Source: Verrucomicrobiota bacterium
GTDB lineage: Bacteria; Verrucomicrobiota; Verrucomicrobiia; Limisphaerales; AAA164-E04
Direction: 5' to 3'
Assembly (NCBI GenBank): GCA_047947115.1
Contig: CP170459.1
Coordinates: forward strand, 640,001-704,000
DNA length: 64,000 bases
Shown: positions 20,048 through 28,815 of the stretch, in pieces
How the letters are laid out: each line of letters begins with the position of its first letter
Numbering within the stretch: position 1 is the stretch's first letter
The notes under the pieces: generated by a model
What the model saw: only the letters and a program-made list of their open reading frames with translations
Database searches by the model: none
What the model was told of the DNA's origin: nothing
Program-made: the position numbers and the translations under genes

Positions 20048-21622
20048 TTAGAGGGGCTTAAGTCCGAGTTTGACTACCAAACCGCTCTGCCCCGTCCTGT
20101 TCCTGAATTCCACCAAACCGCCAAATTGCCACACCGCCAGAGTAAGGGTCGCCAATCCCAACCCCAAACCAGGAACGTTGCCGGTCGGATCCTCCTCAAT
20201 CTGAGTGTAAGGCCGTGCCAACCAAGTGAGTTTGGATGCCTCCACCCCTGGTCCATCATCCATGAAAACCAGTTCCAGAAAGGAACCGCTGTCTACCCGG
20301 ATGTCCACCCGGACGGAAGGTGCTTGATCAGGGTGAAACTTAACAGCATTGTCAAACAATTCCCGAATAACCATGGAAAACGCCTCCTCGGAGATACGAT
20401 AACGGACATCGATTGCTTCAGCCATGACATTCACTTCAAGCTGTTTTGTCATCGGAATCACATCACAAACCTCTCTGATGATCTGCTCCATCCGCAACAC
20501 CCGCATGCCATCAACGACACGACGGAAACTGCGGGAGACAGATGTGTGATGCAAAATTTTCTCTACGTGAGTATGAAGCGAGCCCAACGCTTCGACGGCG
20601 ATTTGTAACATGCTATCCGTTTCCTCGGAAGGATGCTCTGATACCTGATTTTCTACAATGAGGCATTGAATCGCCATGATTGCCTGATGAAGCGGCGTGT
20701 TTAGTTTGTGACTCATGGCCTGCTGAAAACTCATCCTCTCCCTCGCTCGTGCAATCTTGTCTTCGATATCACGAATCTCAAACCAGACAGTCCTACGACC
20801 GCAATGATACTCCCACGAAATGGGGCGGAACAGAAACCAGCCTCCACCATCGTCATCCGCCGAACAAAGCCAGACAAAACGGGGCTCTTCATTATCCCAG
20901 TCCCCATGAATCTCGAAAGCATTGTGCGGGCGGGTAATGGCTCGCTTTTGTTCGAAAACTTGAATGAGAGAATATCCTGTCTTCAACTGCGCCTCGTCAT
21001 TCGGAACCCCCAAAATCGAACACCCCCTTGGGTTCGCCCATAAGATTTGAAAAGTTTCATCCACTTCGATGAATCCGGACAAGGAACGGTTCATCGCTCG
21101 TTCCGCCTTGAGCCCGGCTTCCGTAATCCTACGTTGCCGGTTGAGTTGGATGAGATTCCGAACTCGCGTTTTCAACACCCCTTTGGGAAAGGGTTTTTGG
21201 ATCAAATCATCGGCACCCTTTTCAAAAGCCAGATGGATCTCATCCGTATAGTCCAGGGCGCTCATGAGTAGAATGGGTGTCGTATCCAGTACCGGCAGGC
21301 TTCTTAACTGTTCCAAAACCTGATACCCGTCCATTTCAGGAAGCATGATGTCCAACAGGATCAAATCAGGAAGCCGGGATTCCGCCTGACTGATCGCATC
21401 CTTACCGTTGGAACAAGAAATGATCTGGCATTCAAGTGGCGCCAGCAAAGCTTCAAGACTCATCAATACGACCGGATCGTCATCGACAAGCAAAATGGTA
21501 GGGTGATGGAGTTTGGGGAATTTCTGCAGATCAGAGTGCAACATGGGAAACGCTAGTTGGCAAAGCTGTTCACAAATCCATCCACTCCCTGACAAACCAG
21601 GGAAAACGACTCGTTCCAACAA
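20048..21622 (-). CDS. REC-PAS-like-histidine kinase
   Basis: REC LLVDDD...LLDIMLPEMDG; variant H-box MSHKLNTPL; ELFDNAVKF; DDGPG; GLGLGL; start probably downstream of 21622 (e.g. 21544). Confidence 0.85.
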   Translation of the reverse strand: MLERVVFPGLSGSGWICEQLCQLAFPMLHSDLQKFPKLHHPTILLVDDDPVVLMSLEALLAPLECQIISCSNGKDAISQAESRLPDLILLDIMLPEMDGYQVLEQLRSLPVLDTTPILLMSALDYTDEIHLAFEKGADDLIQKPFPKGVLKTRVRNLIQLNRQRRITEAGLKAERAMNRSLSGFIEVDETFQILWANPRGCSILGVPNDEAQLKTGYSLIQVFEQKRAITRPHNAFEIHGDWDNEEPRFVWLCSADDDGGGWFLFRPISWEYHCGRRTVWFEIRDIEDKIARARERMSFQQAMSHKLNTPLHQAIMAIQCLIVENQVSEHPSEETDSMLQIAVEALGSLHTHVEKILHHTSVSRSFRRVVDGMRVLRMEQIIREVCDVIPMTKQLEVNVMAEAIDVRYRISEEAFSMVIRELFDNAVKFHPDQAPSVRVDIRVDSGSFLELVFMDDGPGVEASKLTWLARPYTQIEEDPTGNVPGLGLGLATLTLAVWQFGGLVEFRNRTGQSGLVVKLGLKPL

Positions 21623-21628
21623 ATGAAA

Positions 21629-22027
21629 TCAAACAGGTAGCTCCTTGACTTTGCTTATGATAAAACCAAGCAACTCTTGCAATTTGATCGGCTTGGACAA
21701 ATAGAAGTTGGCCCCCGCCTCCAAACAACGCTTGGCATCCCCATCCATGGCAAGCGCAGTCAAAGCAACAACCAGCAGGTCCCGAATATCCTTTTGCTCG
21801 TGTGAACGAATAATCCGCATCACTTCAATGCCATCCATACCTGGCATCTGGATATCCAACAATAAGATATCGGGAAGGTTTCCTTCCTCGAGATGTAAGA
21901 GGCATTCCTTACCATTATGGCAGATGCTCACATCGAGTCCCGCAATGTTCAGGTAGTCACCAATGATCGAAGCATTCAACTCATGATCATCCACCAGTAA
22001 CACCCGAATGTCTTGGTCCATGGGCAT
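21629..22027 (-). CDS. Single-domain response regulator (CheY/DivK-like)
   Basis: LLVDD, LLDIQMPGMDG, ALTALAM.GD, SKP. Confidence 0.93.
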   Translation of the reverse strand: MPMDQDIRVLLVDDHELNASIIGDYLNIAGLDVSICHNGKECLLHLEEGNLPDILLLDIQMPGMDGIEVMRIIRSHEQKDIRDLLVVALTALAMDGDAKRCLEAGANFYLSKPIKLQELLGFIISKVKELPV

Positions 22028-22041
22028 AATAAAGAAATTTC

Positions 22042-23573
22042 GGGTCTTCTCAAAAAAGAGTGGGTAAATTGAGCACGTCGGGATGCCCTATCGCTCTGTT
22101 CCAGTCCAGTAAAACATCAGCATAACTCCCCCGCTGACGCGGAGTCGGCCTTCGGCACTTATATGATGTTTTCCTGGACTTCCACGACGCGAGAGGGCCT
22201 ACGGGTGGTGTGGTTTTTCTCCAAGAAAAACCCAGAGGATTTTTATTCGAAAAGCATCGGCAATCTCCTCAACATGGCGTCGCCAAAACAAACCTCGTCA
22301 AAGAGTGCCGATGCTGTTGAAAACCTTGCTCAATCGTTGCCATAAATTCAAATCCTTTGTCTATCGCCAAGCATGCTTCCAGGAAGTTGAAGGAGTCGAA
22401 GCTATTGTCGTAAGCGTTGAACCACGGCAAAACAGCCGCCCAGTATGTTCAAAGTGCAATCGTAGTGCTTCCACCTATGACCATCGTCCTGGAAAACGAA
22501 AGTTTCGATTCATCCCCTTATGGGGGTGGCCGGTGTTTCTTGAATACCGGATGCGAAGAGTTAACTGCCCCAATGACGGTGTTGTCATCGAATCGGTTCC
22601 TTGGGCCAAAGGAAAAAGCCGGATAACCTGTGTCATGGAACACTTCCTTGCACAGTGGGCTCGGAAACTTTCATGGAAAGAAGTTGCCCAGACCTTTGAA
22701 GTCAGTTGGCAATCGGTGTATCGGTCCGTTGCTTCCATTGTTGAATACGGCTTGAAGCACAGGAGTTTGGACGATATTAATGCCATCGGAGTTGATGAGG
22801 TGCATTTTGGAAAGGGGCAAAAGTATCTGACGGTGGTTTACCAGATAGATCAAGGCACGCGCCGATTGTTAAGCGTCACCAAGGAGAGAACCGAGCAATC
22901 CCTTCGGGATTTTTTTAAGATCCTCACTCAAAAGCAACTTGAGTCCATTCAATTTGTTTGTTCGGACATGTGGAAACCTTATCTCAATGTGATTAAGGAA
23001 AAACTCGAACACGCCCTCCACGTGTTGGATCGCTTCCATATCGTAGCCAATCTGAACAAAGCAATCAATGAAGTCAGGGCGGTCGAAGCGCGTAAGATGC
23101 GTCAGGACGGATACCAGGAAGTGCTTAAACACACCAAATACTGCTTTCTCAAACGTCGTGAGAACCTCACGCCCAATCAAAAGATTAAGCTGGAGGAAGT
23201 CCTCCAGTATGATCTGAAAAGTGTTCGGGCATTTTTGCTCAAAGAAGCATTTGAGTTCTTTTGGAATTACACTAGCCCATATTGGGCTGAGTGGTATTTG
23301 AACAAGTGGTGCACCAGAGCTATGCGCTCACGTCTGGAACCCATCAAGAAATTTGCCAGCAGCCTACGAAAACATCAGCCGCTGATCCTGAATTGGTTCA
23401 GGGCCAAAAAGACTATTTCGTCGGGAGTTGTTGAGGGTTTGAACCGCAAAATAAATCTGACTACCAGAAAAGCCTACGGCTATCGTAGCTTTGAAGTGCT
23501 TAAAATAGCCCTTTTTCACACAATGGGTGAACTACCCGAACCTAAATTTACCCACAGATTCTGAAGAAGAGGC
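22042..23573 (+). mobile_element. ISL3-family insertion sequence with 8-bp target duplication GAAATTTC
   Basis: Imperfect terminal IRs GGGTCTTCTCAAAAAAGAGTGGGTAAATT / GCCTCTTCTTCAGAATCTGTGGGTAAATT; GAAATTTC at 22034-22041 and 23574-23581. Confidence 0.92.
22305..23564 (+). CDS. ISL3 family transposase
   Basis: Zinc finger CSKC...CPND; IGVDE; SDMWKPY; DRFH; EGLNRKI...RKAYGYR. Confidence 0.95.
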   Translation: MPMLLKTLLNRCHKFKSFVYRQACFQEVEGVEAIVVSVEPRQNSRPVCSKCNRSASTYDHRPGKRKFRFIPLWGWPVFLEYRMRRVNCPNDGVVIESVPWAKGKSRITCVMEHFLAQWARKLSWKEVAQTFEVSWQSVYRSVASIVEYGLKHRSLDDINAIGVDEVHFGKGQKYLTVVYQIDQGTRRLLSVTKERTEQSLRDFFKILTQKQLESIQFVCSDMWKPYLNVIKEKLEHALHVLDRFHIVANLNKAINEVRAVEARKMRQDGYQEVLKHTKYCFLKRRENLTPNQKIKLEEVLQYDLKSVRAFLLKEAFEFFWNYTSPYWAEWYLNKWCTRAMRSRLEPIKKFASSLRKHQPLILNWFRAKKTISSGVVEGLNRKINLTTRKAYGYRSFEVLKIALFHTMGELPEPKFTHRF

Positions 23574-23708
23574 GAAATTTCTTGCTTGGTTTATGGTCGG
23601 CACCAGGCTCTTAGTGCCATTGTTATTTCGCTATATTGAATCAGATCAAAGCCGGGCACGTCAGAACGATGCAGTCATCCTCTCATCAACAGCATCACTC
23701 CTGACATA

Positions 23709-24446
23709 CTAGCCCTCTGCTTTTTCCTCATGATGCAAAACATACCCTCCCCCATGCACTGTTCGCAGGTAGATGGGATGCTTGGCATCGGGTTCTATCT
23801 TTTTGCGGATAGCAACAATGTAATTGTCCACAGTCCGACTGTTCGGAGCATAAGTAAACTTCCAGACAGAAGCCAGCAGATCATTTCGTGAGACGACTTT
23901 TCCCTTGGCCAGATAAAGAAACTTCAGAATCTCGCTTTCTTTAAGATTCAGTTCGATGGAATCACCTCCTGGTGCGGTCACTCTTCTGAGCGAAAAGTCT
24001 ATCTTGGTTTGTCCCAGGTTGATCTCTGTTTCTTCCACCGTGTCGATGAATCGACGACGAAGCATTGCTTCGATCCGGGCCAGCGCTTCTTTATAAGAAA
24101 TTGGCTTTACCCAATAATCGTCGGCCCCGCAATTCAAGCCCCCCAACTTGGAATCAATATCTCCTCGACACGTCAACATGACGATTAAATGAAGAAATCC
24201 CGCGGCGCGCAGTTTTTCGACGACTTCATCACCCTGAATATCAGGCAGCATCCAATCCATCAAAATAATGTCCGGATCTTCCTTCATCCCAAGCTCCAAA
24301 GCCCGTTTTCCGCAATTGGCACCCAACGTCCTGTATCCCTTGATGTCAAGATAATCGATCCAAGACTGAAGCAATTGAGGCTCATCTTCCACCACTAAAA
24401 TGGTGGCACGTTGATGGGTGGTTGGTTTCTGTTCGGTATCACTCAT
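23709..24446 (-). CDS. OmpR/PhoB family DNA-binding response regulator
   Basis: REC LVVEDE...MDWMLP...GADDYWVKP; winged helix SRTVDNYIVAIRKKIE...TVHGGGY. Confidence 0.95.
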   Translation of the reverse strand: MSDTEQKPTTHQRATILVVEDEPQLLQSWIDYLDIKGYRTLGANCGKRALELGMKEDPDIILMDWMLPDIQGDEVVEKLRAAGFLHLIVMLTCRGDIDSKLGGLNCGADDYWVKPISYKEALARIEAMLRRRFIDTVEETEINLGQTKIDFSLRRVTAPGGDSIELNLKESEILKFLYLAKGKVVSRNDLLASVWKFTYAPNSRTVDNYIVAIRKKIEPDAKHPIYLRTVHGGGYVLHHEEKAEG

Positions 24447-24520
24447 CCAACGAAACGTTGTTACAAATCCGGATGCTTTTCAAGGCCATTCGGCATCTGA
24501 TCGCCTCAATTCAATCCAAA

Positions 24521-24542
24521 TTTGTCACGTATTTGTAAAGAT
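24521..24542. promoter_or_regulatory. Putative OmpR/PhoB-type tandem binding site
   Basis: 11-bp-period direct repeat TTTGTCACGTA-TTTGTAAAGAT about 75 bp upstream of the OmpR-family gene. Confidence 0.35.
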
Positions 24543-24556
24543 CACTGAACATAAAA

Positions 24557-25903
24557 GGTTTTCGACAATTCCAGTGGAATTAAATTAAGCCGGGATTCTG
24601 AGTTTGCCGGCTACAAAGTAAAGCATAGTGATCATGTATACGGATGAGCGAAAACCTCTGGCCTTCCGCTTGACCGCGCTGAAAACGCTATTCAATCCTT
24701 CCATGAACGCTGTGGTCAGTTTCTTTTTCCAATGAGCAAGTATACCTTCCAAGTGACGTTCAATACTGTTTGCCACCTTGATCATTGGTTCCAACAAGTC
24801 CCCTGAATTTTTCGCCCTTCGTTTTACCCATCCTATCCATTTGACCATGTTTTTTCGCGCTGTAACCTCATTGCGACTGCGATAGACTTGTTGGAAATTT
24901 AATCGCATCTGGTAGGCGATTCCGGTTACTAAATTCTTCAAATCCAATTCCTCTAGCTGCTGGGTTTGACTCTTGGTTAGATTGGAGGGATTTTTACGAA
25001 ATATCCAACGACTTGCTTTGAGCTCCTTTTTGGAATCCTTGTCTCCTTGATTTGCTTCGGCTTTGCGCACTTTATCGACTGCGTCATTGACCATGGCCAC
25101 AGCATGATACTTGTCGAATACAATCTCTGCGTTGCCTAGATTCTCCCTTACTCCCTTTTGATAGGCCGGACTCATATCGATGGCAACTTGAGTGATCGCT
25201 TTTGGATGTCCGTTGTGCGCATATAACGCATCTGCAAAGCGTTGGAATGTTTCAGCGTCTTTGCCCTCGGTGGCAAAAATGACTCTCTTCTCCATCAAAT
25301 CAGCAAACACCGTCAGGTAATCATGCCCTTTGCGTGCAGACAATTCGTCCGCACCGATCCAAACCACTTCACTCATATCCAACTTTGAATAAGCTTCGTC
25401 GACATGGGCAAAAAGAATGCGCCACATGCGTTGATCACACTCTCCAATCAGTCCTGATGCTTTACTAACCGGCATCTCCCTCATCAATGCCAACGCAAAC
25501 CTCTCAAACGCCTGAGTAAAATGTTTTCCTTTACCCTCCCAGGGAACTTTAACCCGATAGGTTCGGTGACAAGATGGGCATTTGCCGCGAGGCACATTGC
25601 AGAGAATTTCAGATCGTTTTCCAAATACATCCATATGTCGCCAAGACCTTGTTTCGGTGTGATCGTAACAGGTAATCCCAGACGATTTGCAGGTCTGATG
25701 GGGACAAACTTCTTTCTCCCAGAGTTTGTCAGTTTCAGTAATAACCATGAAAAACTTTTCCGTCTCAGAATCGTAGTCAACGCCTCGAACTTCCCAACAC
25801 TCATCTAGTCCCAGCAATCCATGTATGGTCTTCTCAATATTCATGGAGCCATCATCTCACGATAGTTCCAAATGCTCAATTCCACTGTTTTTGTCGAAGA
25901 ACC
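24557..25903 (-). mobile_element. ISL3-family insertion sequence (second, divergent from the first)
   Basis: Terminal IRs GGTTTTCGACAATTCCAGTGGAATT / GGTTCTTCGACAAAAACAGTGGAATT; no clear target duplication. Confidence 0.85.
24585..25844 (-). CDS. ISL3 family transposase
   Basis: WRHMD, CPSC, IGADE...KGHDY, IDMSPAY, FDKYH, EGLNS...KRKARGFR. Confidence 0.95.
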   Translation of the reverse strand: MNIEKTIHGLLGLDECWEVRGVDYDSETEKFFMVITETDKLWEKEVCPHQTCKSSGITCYDHTETRSWRHMDVFGKRSEILCNVPRGKCPSCHRTYRVKVPWEGKGKHFTQAFERFALALMREMPVSKASGLIGECDQRMWRILFAHVDEAYSKLDMSEVVWIGADELSARKGHDYLTVFADLMEKRVIFATEGKDAETFQRFADALYAHNGHPKAITQVAIDMSPAYQKGVRENLGNAEIVFDKYHAVAMVNDAVDKVRKAEANQGDKDSKKELKASRWIFRKNPSNLTKSQTQQLEELDLKNLVTGIAYQMRLNFQQVYRSRNEVTARKNMVKWIGWVKRRAKNSGDLLEPMIKVANSIERHLEGILAHWKKKLTTAFMEGLNSVFSAVKRKARGFRSSVYMITMLYFVAGKLRIPA

Positions 25904-25993
25904 AAAAGAATGAGTATCTTTTCCTAAAATCACGCTCCGGATCCCACCCCTTTTTCTTCCCTGACAAACAAATTGTAGGAACGGAAAACTTTT

Positions 25994-26021
25994 TGTAACC
26001 CTTGCCCCGGTGAAATCCGTT
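25994..26021 (+). promoter_or_regulatory. Putative ECF-sigma autoregulatory promoter
   Basis: TGTAAC-N18-CGTT immediately upstream of an ECF sigma gene (AAC/CGT core typical of ECF promoters). Confidence 0.4.
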
Positions 26022-26029
26022 AGAGGACA

Positions 26030-26644
26030 TTGGAGTTGTCGGATTTTGCCGCGACGGCTTTCATGCATTTTGAAAAGGCAAGTGATGAGGAACTGGCCAT
26101 GGATGCCCAAACCGGAAAGCTGGATGCGTATGACGAAATTGTTCGCCGATACCAGGAACGGATTTGGTCTTTCCTATACAAGTTCTGTCCCCACCAGTCC
26201 GAGCTGGAGGACTTGGTGCAGGATACCTTCATCAAAGCCTATAACAATCTGCATCGATGGCAGCCGACGGGAACATTCAAGAGCTGGTTGATGCGACTTG
26301 CGGTGAACACCGGGCATGATTTTTACCGGAAACGCCGCAACGAACCATTGACCATTGCTCAGAAAACACAAAAGGACGCCGAATCGGACCCGTTGGAAGA
26401 GCATTTCGAAGAGGAGGCACACGAAACTCAAGAACACCCGGCCGCCGAATTGGTGGAACGGATATTGCTGGAATTAAAGCCCGACGACAGGGTTGTCGTT
26501 ACATTACAATATTACGAAAAGATGACGCTGCAGGAAATCTCGGAAAAGATGAACTGGAGTCTGGCGAATACAAAAGTGAAATCGCATCGCGCGCGAAAGA
26601 AATTAGAAAAAGCGTTAAAAGCTCATGGCATCGAAACCCTTTAG
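26030..26644 (+). CDS. ECF-type RNA polymerase sigma-70 factor
   Basis: Region 2 EDLVQDTFIKAY...FKSWLMRLAVN; region 4 LQEISEKM...KVKSHRARKKL; start may be ATG 26063. Confidence 0.93.
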   Translation: MELSDFAATAFMHFEKASDEELAMDAQTGKLDAYDEIVRRYQERIWSFLYKFCPHQSELEDLVQDTFIKAYNNLHRWQPTGTFKSWLMRLAVNTGHDFYRKRRNEPLTIAQKTQKDAESDPLEEHFEEEAHETQEHPAAELVERILLELKPDDRVVVTLQYYEKMTLQEISEKMNWSLANTKVKSHRARKKLEKALKAHGIETL

Positions 26645-26940
26645 CAAACCCAAGTCCTTTTCGGAACTCGTGGATCAAAGCCGGGCGGACATCCCGAAGT
26701 GTCCCGACCTGCGTTTTTCCATCCGCCAGCGCCTCTCCCACGCGCCCAAACCGGAAGCGCCCCCCTTGGGCTGGATGGATATCATCCTCCAATGGGGATC
26801 CATCGGACGCGTCAAGGCCGGCTTCGCCATGGCTTTTACAGCACTGATGTTGACATCCTATATGGAACTGACTCGACCGGAACCTCAACAAAGACCATCC
26901 GGCCCCCCCCATGCGTATCATGCAACAACTTGGCAATTAA
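26625..26940 (+). CDS. Putative anti-sigma membrane protein (frameshift at C8, 26903-26910)
   Basis: Overlaps the sigma gene; one TM segment. Removing one C gives ...PPMRIMQQLGN* ending at 26940, 3 bp before the next gene, instead of a 119-bp overlap. Confidence 0.6.
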
Positions 26941-26943
26941 TCA

Positions 26944-27471
26944 GTGAATTCCAAACGTCCATACTTCATCGCTGCAGGCATCTTGGCCGGGGTGTTCCTG
27001 CTAGGCTACCTTGCGGGCATCTCCAGCTATCGCCCCATCAAGGAAGCCTTGACGAAGTATGAGATGACTCAACAGGTCGGACCTCAAGATTTTCTCAACA
27101 GCATAAAAGTCAACATCAAGAAAAACCTGAATCTCACCGAAGATCAAGAACCCAAAGTGGACGCCATCCTGGATAACATGATCCGACGCATCCAACAGGT
27201 TCAAGGTGGCTTCTTCCGTCAGAACGAAAGCATTCAATTCGAGGACATGGATGAAATAATGGAGATCCTCGATGAAACCCAAAAAGCTGAACTTCAGAAA
27301 AAAAGAGAACGTATCGAAGCCTCACCACGTGGCCGACCACCGGGCGGGGGATTTGGGCCCCCACCTGGTGGAGGCCCACCTCAAGGTGGAAGACCTCCTC
27401 AGGGTGGACCCGGCGGCATGGGCGGCCCGCCACACCAGGGCCAAGTCCCTGCTCAAAACCCAAACGAATAG
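26944..27471 (+). CDS. Membrane-anchored helical periplasmic protein (Spy/CpxP/LTXXQ-like) with Gly-Pro tail
   Basis: N-terminal TM; LNLTEDQ and ILDETQK motifs; GRPPGGG/PPQGG repeats. Confidence 0.6.
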   Translation: MNSKRPYFIAAGILAGVFLLGYLAGISSYRPIKEALTKYEMTQQVGPQDFLNSIKVNIKKNLNLTEDQEPKVDAILDNMIRRIQQVQGGFFRQNESIQFEDMDEIMEILDETQKAELQKKRERIEASPRGRPPGGGFGPPPGGGPPQGGRPPQGGPGGMGGPPHQGQVPAQNPNE

Positions 27472-27484
27472 CGCCAACAACTCG

Positions 27485-27793
27485 TCAAAGCGACCAGGGA
27501 TAGACGGTGTGCACATGCCCGCACTTGGGGCAGTTCAAACCGTGAACTGCTTGCCCTTTTTCACCCCTGTGTTTATTGGAATCCTGCCAACTGGTGAAAT
27601 TCGCGCCCAGGCAAACAAGCATGGCGAACGCGACGATCCCTGACACCACCCACCATTGCATAACCAGGCAAATCAGGCACAAGCCCAGCAACAGCATATT
27701 GATAAAAAAGAAACACCCCGGAGGAGAATATACCCCAGGCGATGGAGAAAGCCAATTTGCGGAGAAACGGGTCTCACACTTTTCACAAATCAT
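27485..27793 (-). CDS. Small membrane protein with two CxxC motifs
   Basis: CEKC at the N-terminus, two TM helices, CPKCG at the C-terminus. Confidence 0.6.
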   Translation of the reverse strand: MICEKCETRFSANWLSPSPGVYSPPGCFFFINMLLLGLCLICLVMQWWVVSGIVAFAMLVCLGANFTSWQDSNKHRGEKGQAVHGLNCPKCGHVHTVYPWSL

Positions 27794-27880
27794 GATCTAT
27801 TCCTCGTCATCGTCTGTCAAAAATGTCCAATCACATATTTTCCCAACTGCGGATAAAACAAACGGTTGGGACAAGTTAAC

Positions 27881-28600
27881 TCACCACCACTCCCAATCAA
27901 TGTCCGGTTTCACATTCACCCAATCCAGGAATTCCTCTGGCCAGTGAACGGTTTCCACATGCCCATCCCCAAAGGTCATGTTGTAGCGTGTTTGCCCCTT
28001 AAAATTATGCCAAACGCTGCGCTTGTCGGTGACTCCCCTGTTACCGTGCCAATGCCAGTCGCCCTGGATGACTTTGGTGGTCGGTTTGAGTGCCACTTCA
28101 CTTCCTTTGATGGGTGTGGCTTCGGGATCCCCCTTGTTGTAGGAACTTAACCCCAACACACGTTTCACACGGAAGGCATTCCACCAGGCTGCACGATAAC
28201 TGTTTCCCAAAGCAAAGAAGACATTGTCCGTTTCCTGCAAAGCATCGCCCTTGTCGGACGGACAACGAAACATATTCTTGTCACCATAGCGATTCAACGG
28301 TCGCTTTTCTTCGGGAATATCTCCACGAACAACATTGTTGCCGCGATTGGTTCCCGTGATGCCTCCAATGGATGCAATCCCCGGCGTGAGCGGATACCAA
28401 TCATCGTTGTCATCCACATACATCATGTAAGCCAATGAGATCTGGTGTTGATTGCTGGCACAAGCCGCCTTCTTGGCCTGTTTCTTGGCGTTCGACAAGG
28501 CAGGCAATAACATGCCGGCAAGTATGGCAATAATAGCGATCACCACCAACAATTCGATCAGCGTAAATGCACCAATGCGCAATGGAGCCGGAGATTTCAT
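27881..28600 (-). CDS. Prepilin-type N-terminal cleavage/methylation protein with H-X9-DG motif (DUF1559-like)
   Basis: [36 protein letters not shown]...[10 protein letters not shown]. Confidence 0.92.
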   Translation of the reverse strand: MKSPAPLRIGAFTLIELLVVIAIIAILAGMLLPALSNAKKQAKKAACASNQHQISLAYMMYVDDNDDWYPLTPGIASIGGITGTNRGNNVVRGDIPEEKRPLNRYGDKNMFRCPSDKGDALQETDNVFFALGNSYRAAWWNAFRVKRVLGLSSYNKGDPEATPIKGSEVALKPTTKVIQGDWHWHGNRGVTDKRSVWHNFKGQTRYNMTFGDGHVETVHWPEEFLDWVNVKPDIDWEWW

Positions 28601-28711
28601 GGTCAGATGCTAATTCCACCATACCCATTCCAACAAGCACGGAATCAACATACCTTTACCACATCTGCTTTCCCAAAACACTACAAACACCGAAGAACGA
28701 ATGTGCAACTC

Positions 28712-28744
28712 TGGAGTGCGGTGTGCAGCACCGCTCTGGATACG
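28712..28744 (+). repeat. 33-bp REP-like palindromic unit (left arm)
   Basis: TGGAGTGCGGTGTGCAGCACCGCTCTGGATACG; exact reverse complement at 30598-30630; internal hairpin GCGGTG-N5-CACCGC. Confidence 0.85.
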
Positions 28745-28815
28745 GTCCACAAACCCGAGTCGTGTTCAAATACCTAAGCCGTGTCTATGCAGTTTATCCG
28801 CACCACCGCAGACGC

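Noticed and set aside
22042..25903. Composite transposon of two ISL3 elements carrying the OmpR regulator
   Set aside because: The transposases and IRs differ, and the first IS has its own TSD, so the insertions are independent
27330..27440. GC-rich short repeats
   Set aside because: Explained by the Gly-Pro low-complexity protein tail
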